Position numbers and translations under genes: made by a program
Notes under the pieces: model-generated
Told to the model about the DNA's origin: nothing
Database searches by the model: none
Seen by the model: the letters and a program-made list of their open reading frames with translations, nothing else
DNA from: a virus
Direction: 5' to 3' (one strand)
Length of the DNA: 64,000 nucleotides
IMG/VR virus record: IMGVR_UViG_3300042389_000724
Location: 1 to 64,000 of that record
Shown: positions 41,459 through 50,534 of the stretch, one piece after another
Layout of the letters: each line of letters begins with the position of its first letter
How positions within the stretch are numbered: position 1 is the stretch's first letter

Positions 41459-42985
41459 ATGCCAACACCCTCAAATCCATTTCCATCGACACCACCTAGC
41501 GGAATAGTAACCTCTAGCGGTCGTCAGTTTGCTGCTAGCAATAAAACTACCCGCGTTTCGAAGGAATTGTTCAATCAACAGCAGCAAGACAATGTTCTTC
41601 GTTCTTTAGAAGGAACGCCAAAACTAGAGAGGGGATCCAGGAGTAGACCTAGTGTTTTGAAATATCCTGTAGACATAGGCACAGGAGAGGTTCCCCATGT
41701 CATGCAGTTTAAAGTTTTCTGGCGGTGGGAGAACAAAGACCTGAAGGAGCAGATGGCTGGTGGCTTGAACGCAGCAAAACTGGAATCCGAAAAGAAGATT
41801 GGTGAATTGTCTACTCTCGCGGGTCTTATACAGAATGGAAACCTGACCAAAGAGATGCTTGAGCAGAGTGGTCTTCCCCGAGAGAATATTGCCGCTCTTA
41901 AAGAACTGGCAAACAGCACCGAGTTACTGAAAATCGTAGACCCGTCAATCAAGGATAATTTGGCTACTCTGCTCCAAACCAATCCAGGAAAAGCCAAAGA
42001 TATAATGGAGCAAACGATTAGTTCATATCAGACTCGGCTTTCCAGTATTGAGTCTGAACTTAATGGTTCTTTTGGTAAAGTTGGGCTGGATGAACAAGAG
42101 CGGCTGATTGTTCAGAATAGATTGGGAGAAGACATATCTGGAACAAGTGTCGGTCAGTCCGCTATAACTGGTGCTGGATCTGGTGCGATTGCGGGTGGTT
42201 TGATTGGGTTGCTGCTTGGCGGCGGAAAAGGTGCAGCAATAGGTGCAGCAGGAGGCGCAGCAGCGGGAGCAGTAGTTGCTCCTCTGGCGGTTGCGGGAGC
42301 AAAGGCATATCAGAATCAAGCGGTCTATGATCAAATGGTTTCTCTGTACTTGCCTTTCTGTACCAAGATAAACAACGAAGACACATTTCAGTATGAAGAC
42401 TCAAGTCAGTCTGCTGCTGGTGCTGCTTTTGATTTTTTGGGAAGACCGATTGAAACTGCTGCTCAGGGTCTTGAAGTCGGAGTGGAAAAGGCAGCAGGAG
42501 CAGTTGGTGCAGCAGGAGCAGGCGCACTTGCTCGTGGAAAAGTTGTGAACCCTAGATTGGAGAAGTTGTTTCGTCAGAAAGACTTTAGAAACTTCTCGTT
42601 CAGTTGGGATTTCTATCCAAAGACAAAGGAAGAAACCGAAGCAATACGAAACATCATAGAGACATTCAGGTATCACGCTCATCCTGCATCTGATGATACC
42701 AACGCAGGAGAGGGTGAATCAAAGGTAGAAGTGGTTCTTCGTGTTCCAGCAGAATTTGAGATTCGATTCTTGTCAAGCAATCCCAATCCAAATGTTGCTG
42801 GATTTGTTGAGAACGAGTACATACCCAAGATTGGTAGATGTGCTCTTAATTCTATTTCCGTGGACTACACATCAAACTCTATTTTTAGTTCTTTCGTTGA
42901 CAATTCACCCACAGCAATCACACTAACACTACAGTTCAGCGAGATGGGTGTGCTGACCAGAGAAGTAGTAGACAAGGGCTTCTGA
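41459..42985 (+). CDS. 48: Baseplate tail tube cap (gp48-like) with a large helical/Gly-Ala insertion
   Basis: LKYP, SLYLP, NPRLEKLF...FRNFSFSWDFYPK..EE, CALNSISVDY, LTLQFSE. Confidence 0.9.
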   Translation: MPTPSNPFPSTPPSGIVTSSGRQFAASNKTTRVSKELFNQQQQDNVLRSLEGTPKLERGSRSRPSVLKYPVDIGTGEVPHVMQFKVFWRWENKDLKEQMAGGLNAAKLESEKKIGELSTLAGLIQNGNLTKEMLEQSGLPRENIAALKELANSTELLKIVDPSIKDNLATLLQTNPGKAKDIMEQTISSYQTRLSSIESELNGSFGKVGLDEQERLIVQNRLGEDISGTSVGQSAITGAGSGAIAGGLIGLLLGGGKGAAIGAAGGAAAGAVVAPLAVAGAKAYQNQAVYDQMVSLYLPFCTKINNEDTFQYEDSSQSAAGAAFDFLGRPIETAAQGLEVGVEKAAGAVGAAGAGALARGKVVNPRLEKLFRQKDFRNFSFSWDFYPKTKEETEAIRNIIETFRYHAHPASDDTNAGEGESKVEVVLRVPAEFEIRFLSSNPNPNVAGFVENEYIPKIGRCALNSISVDYTSNSIFSSFVDNSPTAITLTLQFSEMGVLTREVVDKGF

Positions 42986-43908
42986 TGTACTTCTCCAAAT
43001 TTCCATTAGTAAAGTATCCGATCAAAGACGGAAACGAATTCAGGTATGTGTTTGTACGCAATCTTTTGCGTCGAGTTGCTTTGAGTGATGAGTTAAAGAA
43101 TGGCACGGACAGCGTTTTCTTGGAATATGACATCAAAGACGGAGAACGACCAGAACATATTGCCGAGCGTGTGTATGGAGATGCAACATACCATTGGTTG
43201 GTTCTGCTGACTAATGATGTGTTTGATGCTTTTCACGATTGGTATAAATCTGGTTCTGCTTTGGAAGACTATGTTCAGAAAAAACACGCAGGCACATCAG
43301 TCTACTTTACTACTGCATTGAATTCATTCTATTATGATTCACGAATTGTGAGTGGTGTGTGTTTCGGTCAAGGCGGATATACGACTGATGTTTTGGATTA
43401 TCATCCTACTCTATGCAAACTAGTTCTTCGGGGCGGACAATTTGCGGCGGGATCTGGTGTTCTGGGTTTCACTACAGGAGCAACCCTATCAGTGAAAATT
43501 CATAGGTCGGAACCTTCATATCTTGCAGTGCATCACTTTGAGATAAATCGACCAGCAAACGATGAAACGGCTAACGACAAGTACACGGTAGACCCTCTTT
43601 CACAGCAGAGTTCTAGTTTTTCGGTTTTGGGAAGCGTTGTGGGCGTAACACAAGACGAGTATCCGACTCCCGCACAGGGATTGAACTATAGTGGCTCTGG
43701 AGTGGTTGATTTCTACGAGACATATATTGGACAATACATGGGTGTCGGTTCAAATCCTGCCATTACAGGACAACCAGTAAATCTATACAATATCTCAAAT
43801 TACATACACGAAAACAGAATCAATGATGAAAAACGAACCATCAAGATTTTGCATCCACGATTCAAGCGAGCGGCTGCTCAAGAACTAGAATCCTTGTTGA
43901 GGGTATAA
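42985..43908 (+). CDS. 53: Baseplate wedge subunit gp53
   Basis: MYFSKFP, YDIKDGERPE.IA..VYGD..YHWLVLLTN, YIHENRINDEKRTIKIL. Confidence 0.92.
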   Translation: MYFSKFPLVKYPIKDGNEFRYVFVRNLLRRVALSDELKNGTDSVFLEYDIKDGERPEHIAERVYGDATYHWLVLLTNDVFDAFHDWYKSGSALEDYVQKKHAGTSVYFTTALNSFYYDSRIVSGVCFGQGGYTTDVLDYHPTLCKLVLRGGQFAAGSGVLGFTTGATLSVKIHRSEPSYLAVHHFEINRPANDETANDKYTVDPLSQQSSSFSVLGSVVGVTQDEYPTPAQGLNYSGSGVVDFYETYIGQYMGVGSNPAITGQPVNLYNISNYIHENRINDEKRTIKILHPRFKRAAAQELESLLRV

Positions 43909-43909
43909 C

Positions 43910-45241
43910 ATGGCAGATGGACAAGGACATGGTGGATCAGCACTCAAGGCTGGTGATTACAAACTAGAAAAGTTTGCAATGTATTCGTTGATAAACGGAA
44001 GCACTATAGATTTGTCTAATATGTTCCGATACATTGAAGTATACGAAGACATATTCTCTCCATACATTACAGCAAAGTTGTATATCGAAGACGCTTCAAA
44101 TTTTCCTGAGAGATTCCCAATTGTCGGACAAGAGAAGATTGAGTTGTCTTTCAAATCAGATATAAACAGTCTTCCTCTTGTTGAGTTGGTTTTTCGTGTC
44201 TATAAGTTGGACGGACAGCAGATCAGCGAGACGGGGAAAACACAAACCTATGTTCTTCATCTCATGAGTGAAGCAGGCTATTTCAATTTTTCCGAATACT
44301 GTGGGTATGCATTGAACGGTAGTGTGACAGAGATGGTAAAAACCATCTTACATAAGCATTTTCCGTCTTCTGTGTGGAAAGATAAGGTTGAGGTCGAAGA
44401 CAGTTCAGACAACTATTCATTTGTCTTACCTAGATCGTTTACTCCGCTGAAAGCGATATCTTGGCTGACTTCAAAGGCTTATTCTAAAACAGGTGTTGAC
44501 TATAGCCCGTATCTTTTCTATGAAACTCTTGATGGTCACAAATTCAAGAGTATTTCCAAGATCATAGAAGACGGATCTCGTACTCCCATCAAGTATGTTT
44601 ACACGCAGGCTAACATACCACTATTGGAAGGAGAGAAGGAGAATCTTGGGTTCAACAGCGTTCTTCCGAGCAGGTATCACAAGATTCAGAAGATTGAAGA
44701 GATGAGTCGTTTTGATGCTGCTTCGAACATAATGAATGGGGTGGTGTCGTCCAATCTAGTGGTACATGATTTGATGCGTAAAGAGTTTAGAAAGTCTGAA
44801 TTGTTCGAGAGAGATGTGTTTGACACCATGAAGAAACTGGGAAGCGAAACACATTTTAGAGATTCCGACCCCGAATCATCTCGTGTCATGGAAAAGGGTG
44901 CTGCTTATTACTATCTGCCAACAACACCTTACACTGTGCATAGCAAATACAACCCGATAGTGGACAATACACAGATCGAGTCTCTTTTCCTCAAGAGAAA
45001 CTATCACATGAATTCTTTTCTCACACAGAGAATCATGATTCAAGTATTTGGAGACAGTCGTCGTAGAGTTGGAGACATCGTTTCTATATCTGTTCCAAAG
45101 CCTCAGTCTGATGTCATGTATCAGTACGACAGAGATGACAAAAATATCAGCGGAGAATACATGATCACTAGCATCAAGCATAGCATATCTGGTTCTTATA
45201 GTTGCAAGTACGAACTCTCACGAAACTGTATGGGGGTATGA
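43910..45241 (+). CDS. Baseplate hub / tail protein (gp27-like)
   Basis: IEVYEDIFSP, P..GQE, YLFYET.DG..FKS, GD....GD.V, SGEYMITSIKH; precedes gp5. Confidence 0.85.
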   Translation: MADGQGHGGSALKAGDYKLEKFAMYSLINGSTIDLSNMFRYIEVYEDIFSPYITAKLYIEDASNFPERFPIVGQEKIELSFKSDINSLPLVELVFRVYKLDGQQISETGKTQTYVLHLMSEAGYFNFSEYCGYALNGSVTEMVKTILHKHFPSSVWKDKVEVEDSSDNYSFVLPRSFTPLKAISWLTSKAYSKTGVDYSPYLFYETLDGHKFKSISKIIEDGSRTPIKYVYTQANIPLLEGEKENLGFNSVLPSRYHKIQKIEEMSRFDAASNIMNGVVSSNLVVHDLMRKEFRKSELFERDVFDTMKKLGSETHFRDSDPESSRVMEKGAAYYYLPTTPYTVHSKYNPIVDNTQIESLFLKRNYHMNSFLTQRIMIQVFGDSRRRVGDIVSISVPKPQSDVMYQYDRDDKNISGEYMITSIKHSISGSYSCKYELSRNCMGV

Positions 45242-46341
45242 TGAAAGGGTTTTTAGGAAAAGAAGGTTTTGTTTGGTGGCATGGTGTCGTTGAAGACACA
45301 GCAGATCCTTTGCATCTTGGTAGATGTAGAGTTCGTGTTTATGGTTTTCATGTAGAAGATAAAACCGAACTACCAACATCTTCTCTGCCTTGGGCGTATC
45401 CCATGCAACCACTTACTAGTGCTGCTCTGTCTGGAGTTGGAACTTCTCCTACTGGTCTTCTAGTTGGATCTCATGTATTTGGGTTTTTCCGTGATGGAGA
45501 AGAGGCTCAAGATCCTGTAATGATTGGATCTTTTGGTGGAGTTCCAATGAAACCCGCCGATACTTCTGTTGGATTTTCCGATTCATCGGGAAAGTATCCA
45601 GCAACGAATGCTGGAATTGCTGCAAAACAATTTCCTCTTGGTGTTTCGGTGGTAGGAGAACAAGACACCAACAGGTTGGCTAGAAATTCTGATTCCGAGC
45701 AAATGAAATCTACTGTTGTGGCATACAAGACATCAACGGTAAAAACAGACATTCCCAGTACACCAGGTGTTCGTGGAGGAAAGAATTGGAGCGAGCCAGC
45801 AACACCGTACTCCGCTGTCTATCCCAAAAACCATGTTCGCTATACTGAGAGTGGTCACATTGAAGAATTTGACGATACACCAGGATCAGAGAGAATCCAT
45901 CAGTTTCATTCCTCTGGTTCGTTTGTTGAAATAGGAAACGGATGGGATAGTAATCCAAATGGAACGAGAGTTCAGAGAATAGTTGGAGATGACTACGAAA
46001 TCGTACACGGAAATAAAAAGGTATACATCAGCGGCGGCGAGGGGCTGGATGTTGTTGTTTCTGGAGGAGTCAATCTAACAGTAAGTGGTGATTGCAGAAT
46101 AGAATTGAATGGTAAAACCGACATACTAGCCACCAGCGATGTGAATCTTCAAATAGAAGGATCTCTCAAGGCTTCGGGAAAAACGATTGAGTTCTATGCG
46201 GATGGAGATATTGGATTCTCGGGCAGAACCATTTCATTCATCACCGATAGTAATATCATGGTGATGCAGCAGGGCAAGCGCATAGAGGTGAACTCTGGCG
46301 ATGCCGTTCTGCGTCCTAAGCGCGTAAATGTGAAGGACTGA
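45238..46341 (+). CDS. 5: Baseplate central spike gp5 (OB-fold plus beta-helix, no lysozyme domain)
   Basis: WWHGVVED..DP..LGRCRVRVYGFH, LPWA, VFGFFRDG..AQ.P, YPKNHV..TESGH..EFDDTPG.ERI. Confidence 0.93.
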   Translation: MMKGFLGKEGFVWWHGVVEDTADPLHLGRCRVRVYGFHVEDKTELPTSSLPWAYPMQPLTSAALSGVGTSPTGLLVGSHVFGFFRDGEEAQDPVMIGSFGGVPMKPADTSVGFSDSSGKYPATNAGIAAKQFPLGVSVVGEQDTNRLARNSDSEQMKSTVVAYKTSTVKTDIPSTPGVRGGKNWSEPATPYSAVYPKNHVRYTESGHIEEFDDTPGSERIHQFHSSGSFVEIGNGWDSNPNGTRVQRIVGDDYEIVHGNKKVYISGGEGLDVVVSGGVNLTVSGDCRIELNGKTDILATSDVNLQIEGSLKASGKTIEFYADGDIGFSGRTISFITDSNIMVMQQGKRIEVNSGDAVLRPKRVNVKD

Positions 46342-46345
46342 TCAT

Positions 46346-46564
46346 ATGAATTACCGAGGTCTTCACCGCAAATATCTTGAAGGTTCTTCTGTGTACGAGG
46401 TGTACAGAAGCGGCGATGTTGTGAAAAGGGGAGACAAGTTCTATGTTTGTGCTGTTGAAGAAACATCAGGATATCTTCCAGAAGACATGGATTCTGGTTT
46501 CGATATCATGTCTTATTTTGTAGATCCTTCTCCCAACAATATCATAGACGGGGGAAACTACTAA
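46346..46564 (+). CDS. Hypothetical small protein
   Basis: Y..GDVV motif, ends IDGGNY; operon position. Confidence 0.7.
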   Translation: MNYRGLHRKYLEGSSVYEVYRSGDVVKRGDKFYVCAVEETSGYLPEDMDSGFDIMSYFVDPSPNNIIDGGNY

Positions 46565-46830
46565 TGCCAGGATTTGGGGTATGTAGAGCACACATAGATA
46601 CTGCTGGAGGCACTATTTTGATAGGCAATCCATTCTTTTTTGTTGACGGTTTCCCTGTTTCTGTTGAGGGTAATCCTGTACAAGATCACGGCAACAACGA
46701 ACACGATAACGCAGTCATGGTTCAGGGAAATCCTAATTTTGTGCTTGGGGGAATTCCTGTTTGTACTGTTGCGAGTCAGGCTAGTTGCGGTCATCCTCCA
46801 ACAGGTTCGGGAACTTTTTTTGTGGGGTAA
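46564..46830 (+). CDS. PAAR spike-tip protein (gp5.4-like)
   Basis: FVDGFPV...H...H...G...GIPV...ASCGH...GS..FFVG. Confidence 0.88.
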   Translation: MPGFGVCRAHIDTAGGTILIGNPFFFVDGFPVSVEGNPVQDHGNNEHDNAVMVQGNPNFVLGGIPVCTVASQASCGHPPTGSGTFFVG

Positions 46831-46833
46831 CAA

Positions 46834-47637
46834 ATGGCAGATCAGCAGTGTCCATGTAAACAAAAATTGAGCGAAGGCGAAAAGGGTATTCTCAATTTTG
46901 GATTGAGCAGCGAGATGCTTAAAAATCCAAATGCTGCTGCTATCGGATTAACACGGCAGTTGGGTGGCTCGAATGGAAATCGTCTTGCGACTATAATCGG
47001 CAATGCTACAGCGGTTCCTCCCGTTTCGTATTCGCAGCAAATCGCTCCTCTGCTTCCGTCTCTGAATGCTCTGAAAGACAAAATAGATCAGCAATCTGGA
47101 ATTGTTGATGTCTTCGAAGCAGAGTGCAACAGGATGACTGATCCGCGATATCTTACCAGCATCATAAGCAGCCTTTCTCTTTATGGAGAATTGTCCTGTG
47201 CTTTGGGAATCGAAGGTCTTGATATTGGTGTTGGTCTTAATGTGGTCAATCAAAATGGTCAGTTGTCCATACAGGCAGCAGTTGCCGCAAATGTAAACCT
47301 AGAAAAGATACTGAATCAGTTTGATTCTGGTCTTGGAACCGATGTTGCTAGTGCTGTGCAGAGCCTACAGGCTGGATTAGATGGCGCGTTTGCTGCTATA
47401 GATCAGGTAAACGGTGCTATCAATGGTGTCATGGCTGAAGCAGCAGCAATACAAAACGCAGTCGCAGACTTTATTCAAAAATACACAAACATTAGTTCGC
47501 TCGCCAGCCTGGTGGATACTGCAAGCACAGATCCTTGTTTTAAACTTGGATCTACTCTCAATGGTAGTCTTGTTAGTCCAGGATTCTTGAATGTTGTTCG
47601 GGGAGGAACACCGACAGGATTTGGAACAACAAGATGA
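46834..47637 (+). CDS. Hypothetical helical baseplate-region protein
   Basis: 267 aa, coupled to its neighbours; C-terminal DPC motif. Confidence 0.75.
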   Translation: MADQQCPCKQKLSEGEKGILNFGLSSEMLKNPNAAAIGLTRQLGGSNGNRLATIIGNATAVPPVSYSQQIAPLLPSLNALKDKIDQQSGIVDVFEAECNRMTDPRYLTSIISSLSLYGELSCALGIEGLDIGVGLNVVNQNGQLSIQAAVAANVNLEKILNQFDSGLGTDVASAVQSLQAGLDGAFAAIDQVNGAINGVMAEAAAIQNAVADFIQKYTNISSLASLVDTASTDPCFKLGSTLNGSLVSPGFLNVVRGGTPTGFGTTR

Positions 47638-48305
47638 TTTCCTCCGACAGCAACATCACCGAACTAAAGGATATCTCCCTTATGGTTGGAGAGATATTTG
47701 GTGTTTTTATTGTTGGGCTGGGTTTGGGGGCTTGGGGAATAATCAAGAAGCAAAACCTGAATTGGTCTTCTAGGTGGAAGGATGTAACGGAAAAGAGGTT
47801 TGTTCAGAAGCACACACAGATACATGAACTACTCACGGAGTTGAGGCTTACCTCTAGGTGCTGTCGGTGCTTGATTTTTCAATTTCACAACGGCGGGTCT
47901 TTTGCCGATGGTAGTTCAATCAAGAGGTTTTCCGTAACCCACGAGTCGTGTGCCTCTGGGGTGGGAACTGTTATGCTTGACTCTCAAGATGTGTTACTGA
48001 CAAGGTATGCTGAATTGATACGAGTTTTAGAAGAACAACCTTCAAAAATTCTTTCGATTCGTGATGTTCCTTCTTCTGGATTCCGTTCTGGACTTGAGAT
48101 AAATAGCGTAGATTACTTTACTCTGCTTCCTCTTAGATGTTCCGATGGTATTTCTCCTCTTGGTTTTGTGTGTTGTCAGTGGTGTTCTGGAGATGCACTA
48201 GATGATATTGAGAAAGAGGGTATTTCTCAAACGACTTTAGAGCAAGTGATCTCAGAGGCAGTAGAAAACATCAACGCACACATAAACTTCAAAAAGAACA
48301 AATAA
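47634..48305 (+). CDS. Single-TM protein with a GAF-like domain (holin candidate)
   Basis: TM helix at about aa 16-35; IFQFHNGG...FSVTHE...LGFV pattern. Confidence 0.6.
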   Translation: MISSDSNITELKDISLMVGEIFGVFIVGLGLGAWGIIKKQNLNWSSRWKDVTEKRFVQKHTQIHELLTELRLTSRCCRCLIFQFHNGGSFADGSSIKRFSVTHESCASGVGTVMLDSQDVLLTRYAELIRVLEEQPSKILSIRDVPSSGFRSGLEINSVDYFTLLPLRCSDGISPLGFVCCQWCSGDALDDIEKEGISQTTLEQVISEAVENINAHINFKKNK

Positions 48306-48712
48306 TGGCTCTACGCTTAACAGGAACATCCACATCGGTATACACGGACATAGATCCCATGTTTTCGAGGAATCCGAAAACTGGCGATCTTCTTCTTGTT
48401 CGTGACGATCAGGCGATACGAACTTCTTTGAAGAATCTACTCATGACTTCCTTTGGTGAACGGCTGTTTCAGCCGACCATAGGTGGATCTCTTCGTTCTC
48501 TGCTCTTTGAACCCATAGATGCAATCACGACTATGGAGATCAAAGACAGAATACTGAAAACTATATTGGATCATGAGCCAAGAGTTTCAAATGTTGTAGT
48601 TAGTATTAGTGCATCGGAAGATCAGAATGGCTACGGTGTTGAAATAGAGTATTCAATCGTTGCTGCTGGAAAAACTGATAGAGTGTCGGTTGTACTAGAA
48701 AGGGTGCGCTGA
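48305..48712 (+). CDS. 25: Baseplate wedge subunit gp25
   Basis: YTDID...AIRTSLKNLL.T..GERLFQP.IG...LLFE...HEPRV. Confidence 0.95.
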   Translation: MALRLTGTSTSVYTDIDPMFSRNPKTGDLLLVRDDQAIRTSLKNLLMTSFGERLFQPTIGGSLRSLLFEPIDAITTMEIKDRILKTILDHEPRVSNVVVSISASEDQNGYGVEIEYSIVAAGKTDRVSVVLERVR

Positions 48713-50532
48713 TGTCCACTAACAATAACAACTTTAATATCATAGGACTTGATTTCGATGAAGCCAAGGCTTCTCTCAAGGCTTTCTTGCAGTCGCAGGA
48801 TACACTCAAAGACTACAATTTTGACGGATCGGTATTGAGCACTATTCTTGATGTGTTGGCTTACAACACACACTATCAGGCATTTTATGCCAACATGGTA
48901 GCAAACGAAATGTTCTTGGACAGCGCAGTGCTTCGTCCTTCTGTGGTATCTCATGCAAAAACTCTTGGATATGTTCCTTCTTCTCGTAGAGCATCAAAGG
49001 CAGTTCTTACGGTGGATGCGCCTGGAGCAACGGACTCAACATATCTTGCTCGGGGAACTGAATTTGTAGGTACTAATGCTGCTGGAACTCAATACCGATT
49101 TGTTTTGCTTGATACGGTGTATGCAAATTCTACTACGGATAAATTTGAAGAAATTGAAGTGTATGAGGGGACTCTACGCAGGATGAGTTATGTTTATGAT
49201 CCGACAAAAAAGAGCGGATCGGTTCTACTCATACCAAACAACAAGATAGACACCACCACAATTAGAGTTCGAATCAAGAACTCTGCCACAGACAGCACTG
49301 GAATTGGTGATGCATGGACTTATTCGGATTCATACATCGACCTGACTCCAACATCCAAGGTGTATTTTCTTCAAGAAAAAGAAACGGGTATGTACGAACT
49401 GTATTTCGGGGACAACTTCCTTGGAATGCAGCCGCAGTCTGGTAGCATTGTTATAGTGGAATACTTGGAAACCAACGCTGACGAGGCAAATGCCATCAGC
49501 AGATTTAGCACTGCGGTAAATGGTCTGCAAACCATTACTGTTGTGTCTTCTTCTTCTGGTGGAGTTGCCGAAGAAAGTGTTTCCAAGATCAAATTTTTAG
49601 CCCCGAAGTATTACACAGCACAAAGCCGAGCAGTGACGGAAAACGATTACAAAGTAATGGTTTTGCGTGAGTATCCTAGTGCTAATTCTGTCTTTGTTTA
49701 TGGAGGCGAAGATGTTGATCCGCCTCAGTATGGAAAGGTGTTTATTGCAATCAAACCTAGCACTGGTTCTGCGCTTACAAGCCAAGAAAAGATTTCTCTT
49801 GTAAAGCGTCTACGAGAAAATCGTTCTGTTGTTACCGTTACTCCAGAAATAGTAGATCCTGATTACATTGATCTAGTGATTGATTCTATCGTGACATTCG
49901 ATCCGTCTTTGACTAGCATCGGTGCAGGAACACTCAAGAGCATTATCGTGGCGTATTTGTACACATACTCTGCTTCTGTTTTGGAGTCCTTTGGATCTAA
50001 TTTCTACTTGTCCAAGATCATTCAGGGCATCAATGGATTGAATGCGGGTATAATCAGCAACCAAACTACTGTGAAAATGAGAAAGACGATTAATCTTTCT
50101 AGGCTTCTAGTCACAAAGGGGTTCAGCATTGACTTCAAAAATCCGATCAATCGGGTGAGTCACATGGAATCGGATATGCCGACACTTTCTAGTAGCCTGT
50201 TTTCACACAAAGATGTTTTTGGTGTCGTATACAACAATGTTAGTGCAGTGGACAATAGTGACGGAAGAATAGATTTGGTCAGGATTGATGAAGAAGGAAT
50301 GTCTAAACTCGTGTATCAAAACATAGGAAGCGTTGATTACGAAAAGGGAATCGTTCGCTTCAATACTAATTTCTCACCAACCAGCAGCGATATTTTCTTG
50401 ACCGTAACCGTAGAACCCCAAAACGATGATTTGTTTGTTTTCGAGAACAAGATGTTCCGTATCAGCAGAGCATATTCGGATTCGATTTCTGTTGACCTGA
50501 CTACACAGAGCAATCGCAAGAAGGCACTATAA
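48712..50532 (+). CDS. 6: Baseplate wedge subunit gp6
   Basis: LDFD..K..LK.FL..Q...DYNFDGS, LAYNTHY, EMFLDSA, QSRAVT..DY, PPQYGKVFIAIKP. Confidence 0.96.
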   Translation: MSTNNNNFNIIGLDFDEAKASLKAFLQSQDTLKDYNFDGSVLSTILDVLAYNTHYQAFYANMVANEMFLDSAVLRPSVVSHAKTLGYVPSSRRASKAVLTVDAPGATDSTYLARGTEFVGTNAAGTQYRFVLLDTVYANSTTDKFEEIEVYEGTLRRMSYVYDPTKKSGSVLLIPNNKIDTTTIRVRIKNSATDSTGIGDAWTYSDSYIDLTPTSKVYFLQEKETGMYELYFGDNFLGMQPQSGSIVIVEYLETNADEANAISRFSTAVNGLQTITVVSSSSGGVAEESVSKIKFLAPKYYTAQSRAVTENDYKVMVLREYPSANSVFVYGGEDVDPPQYGKVFIAIKPSTGSALTSQEKISLVKRLRENRSVVTVTPEIVDPDYIDLVIDSIVTFDPSLTSIGAGTLKSIIVAYLYTYSASVLESFGSNFYLSKIIQGINGLNAGIISNQTTVKMRKTINLSRLLVTKGFSIDFKNPINRVSHMESDMPTLSSSLFSHKDVFGVVYNNVSAVDNSDGRIDLVRIDEEGMSKLVYQNIGSVDYEKGIVRFNTNFSPTSSDIFLTVTVEPQNDDLFVFENKMFRISRAYSDSISVDLTTQSNRKKAL

Positions 50533-50534
50533 TC

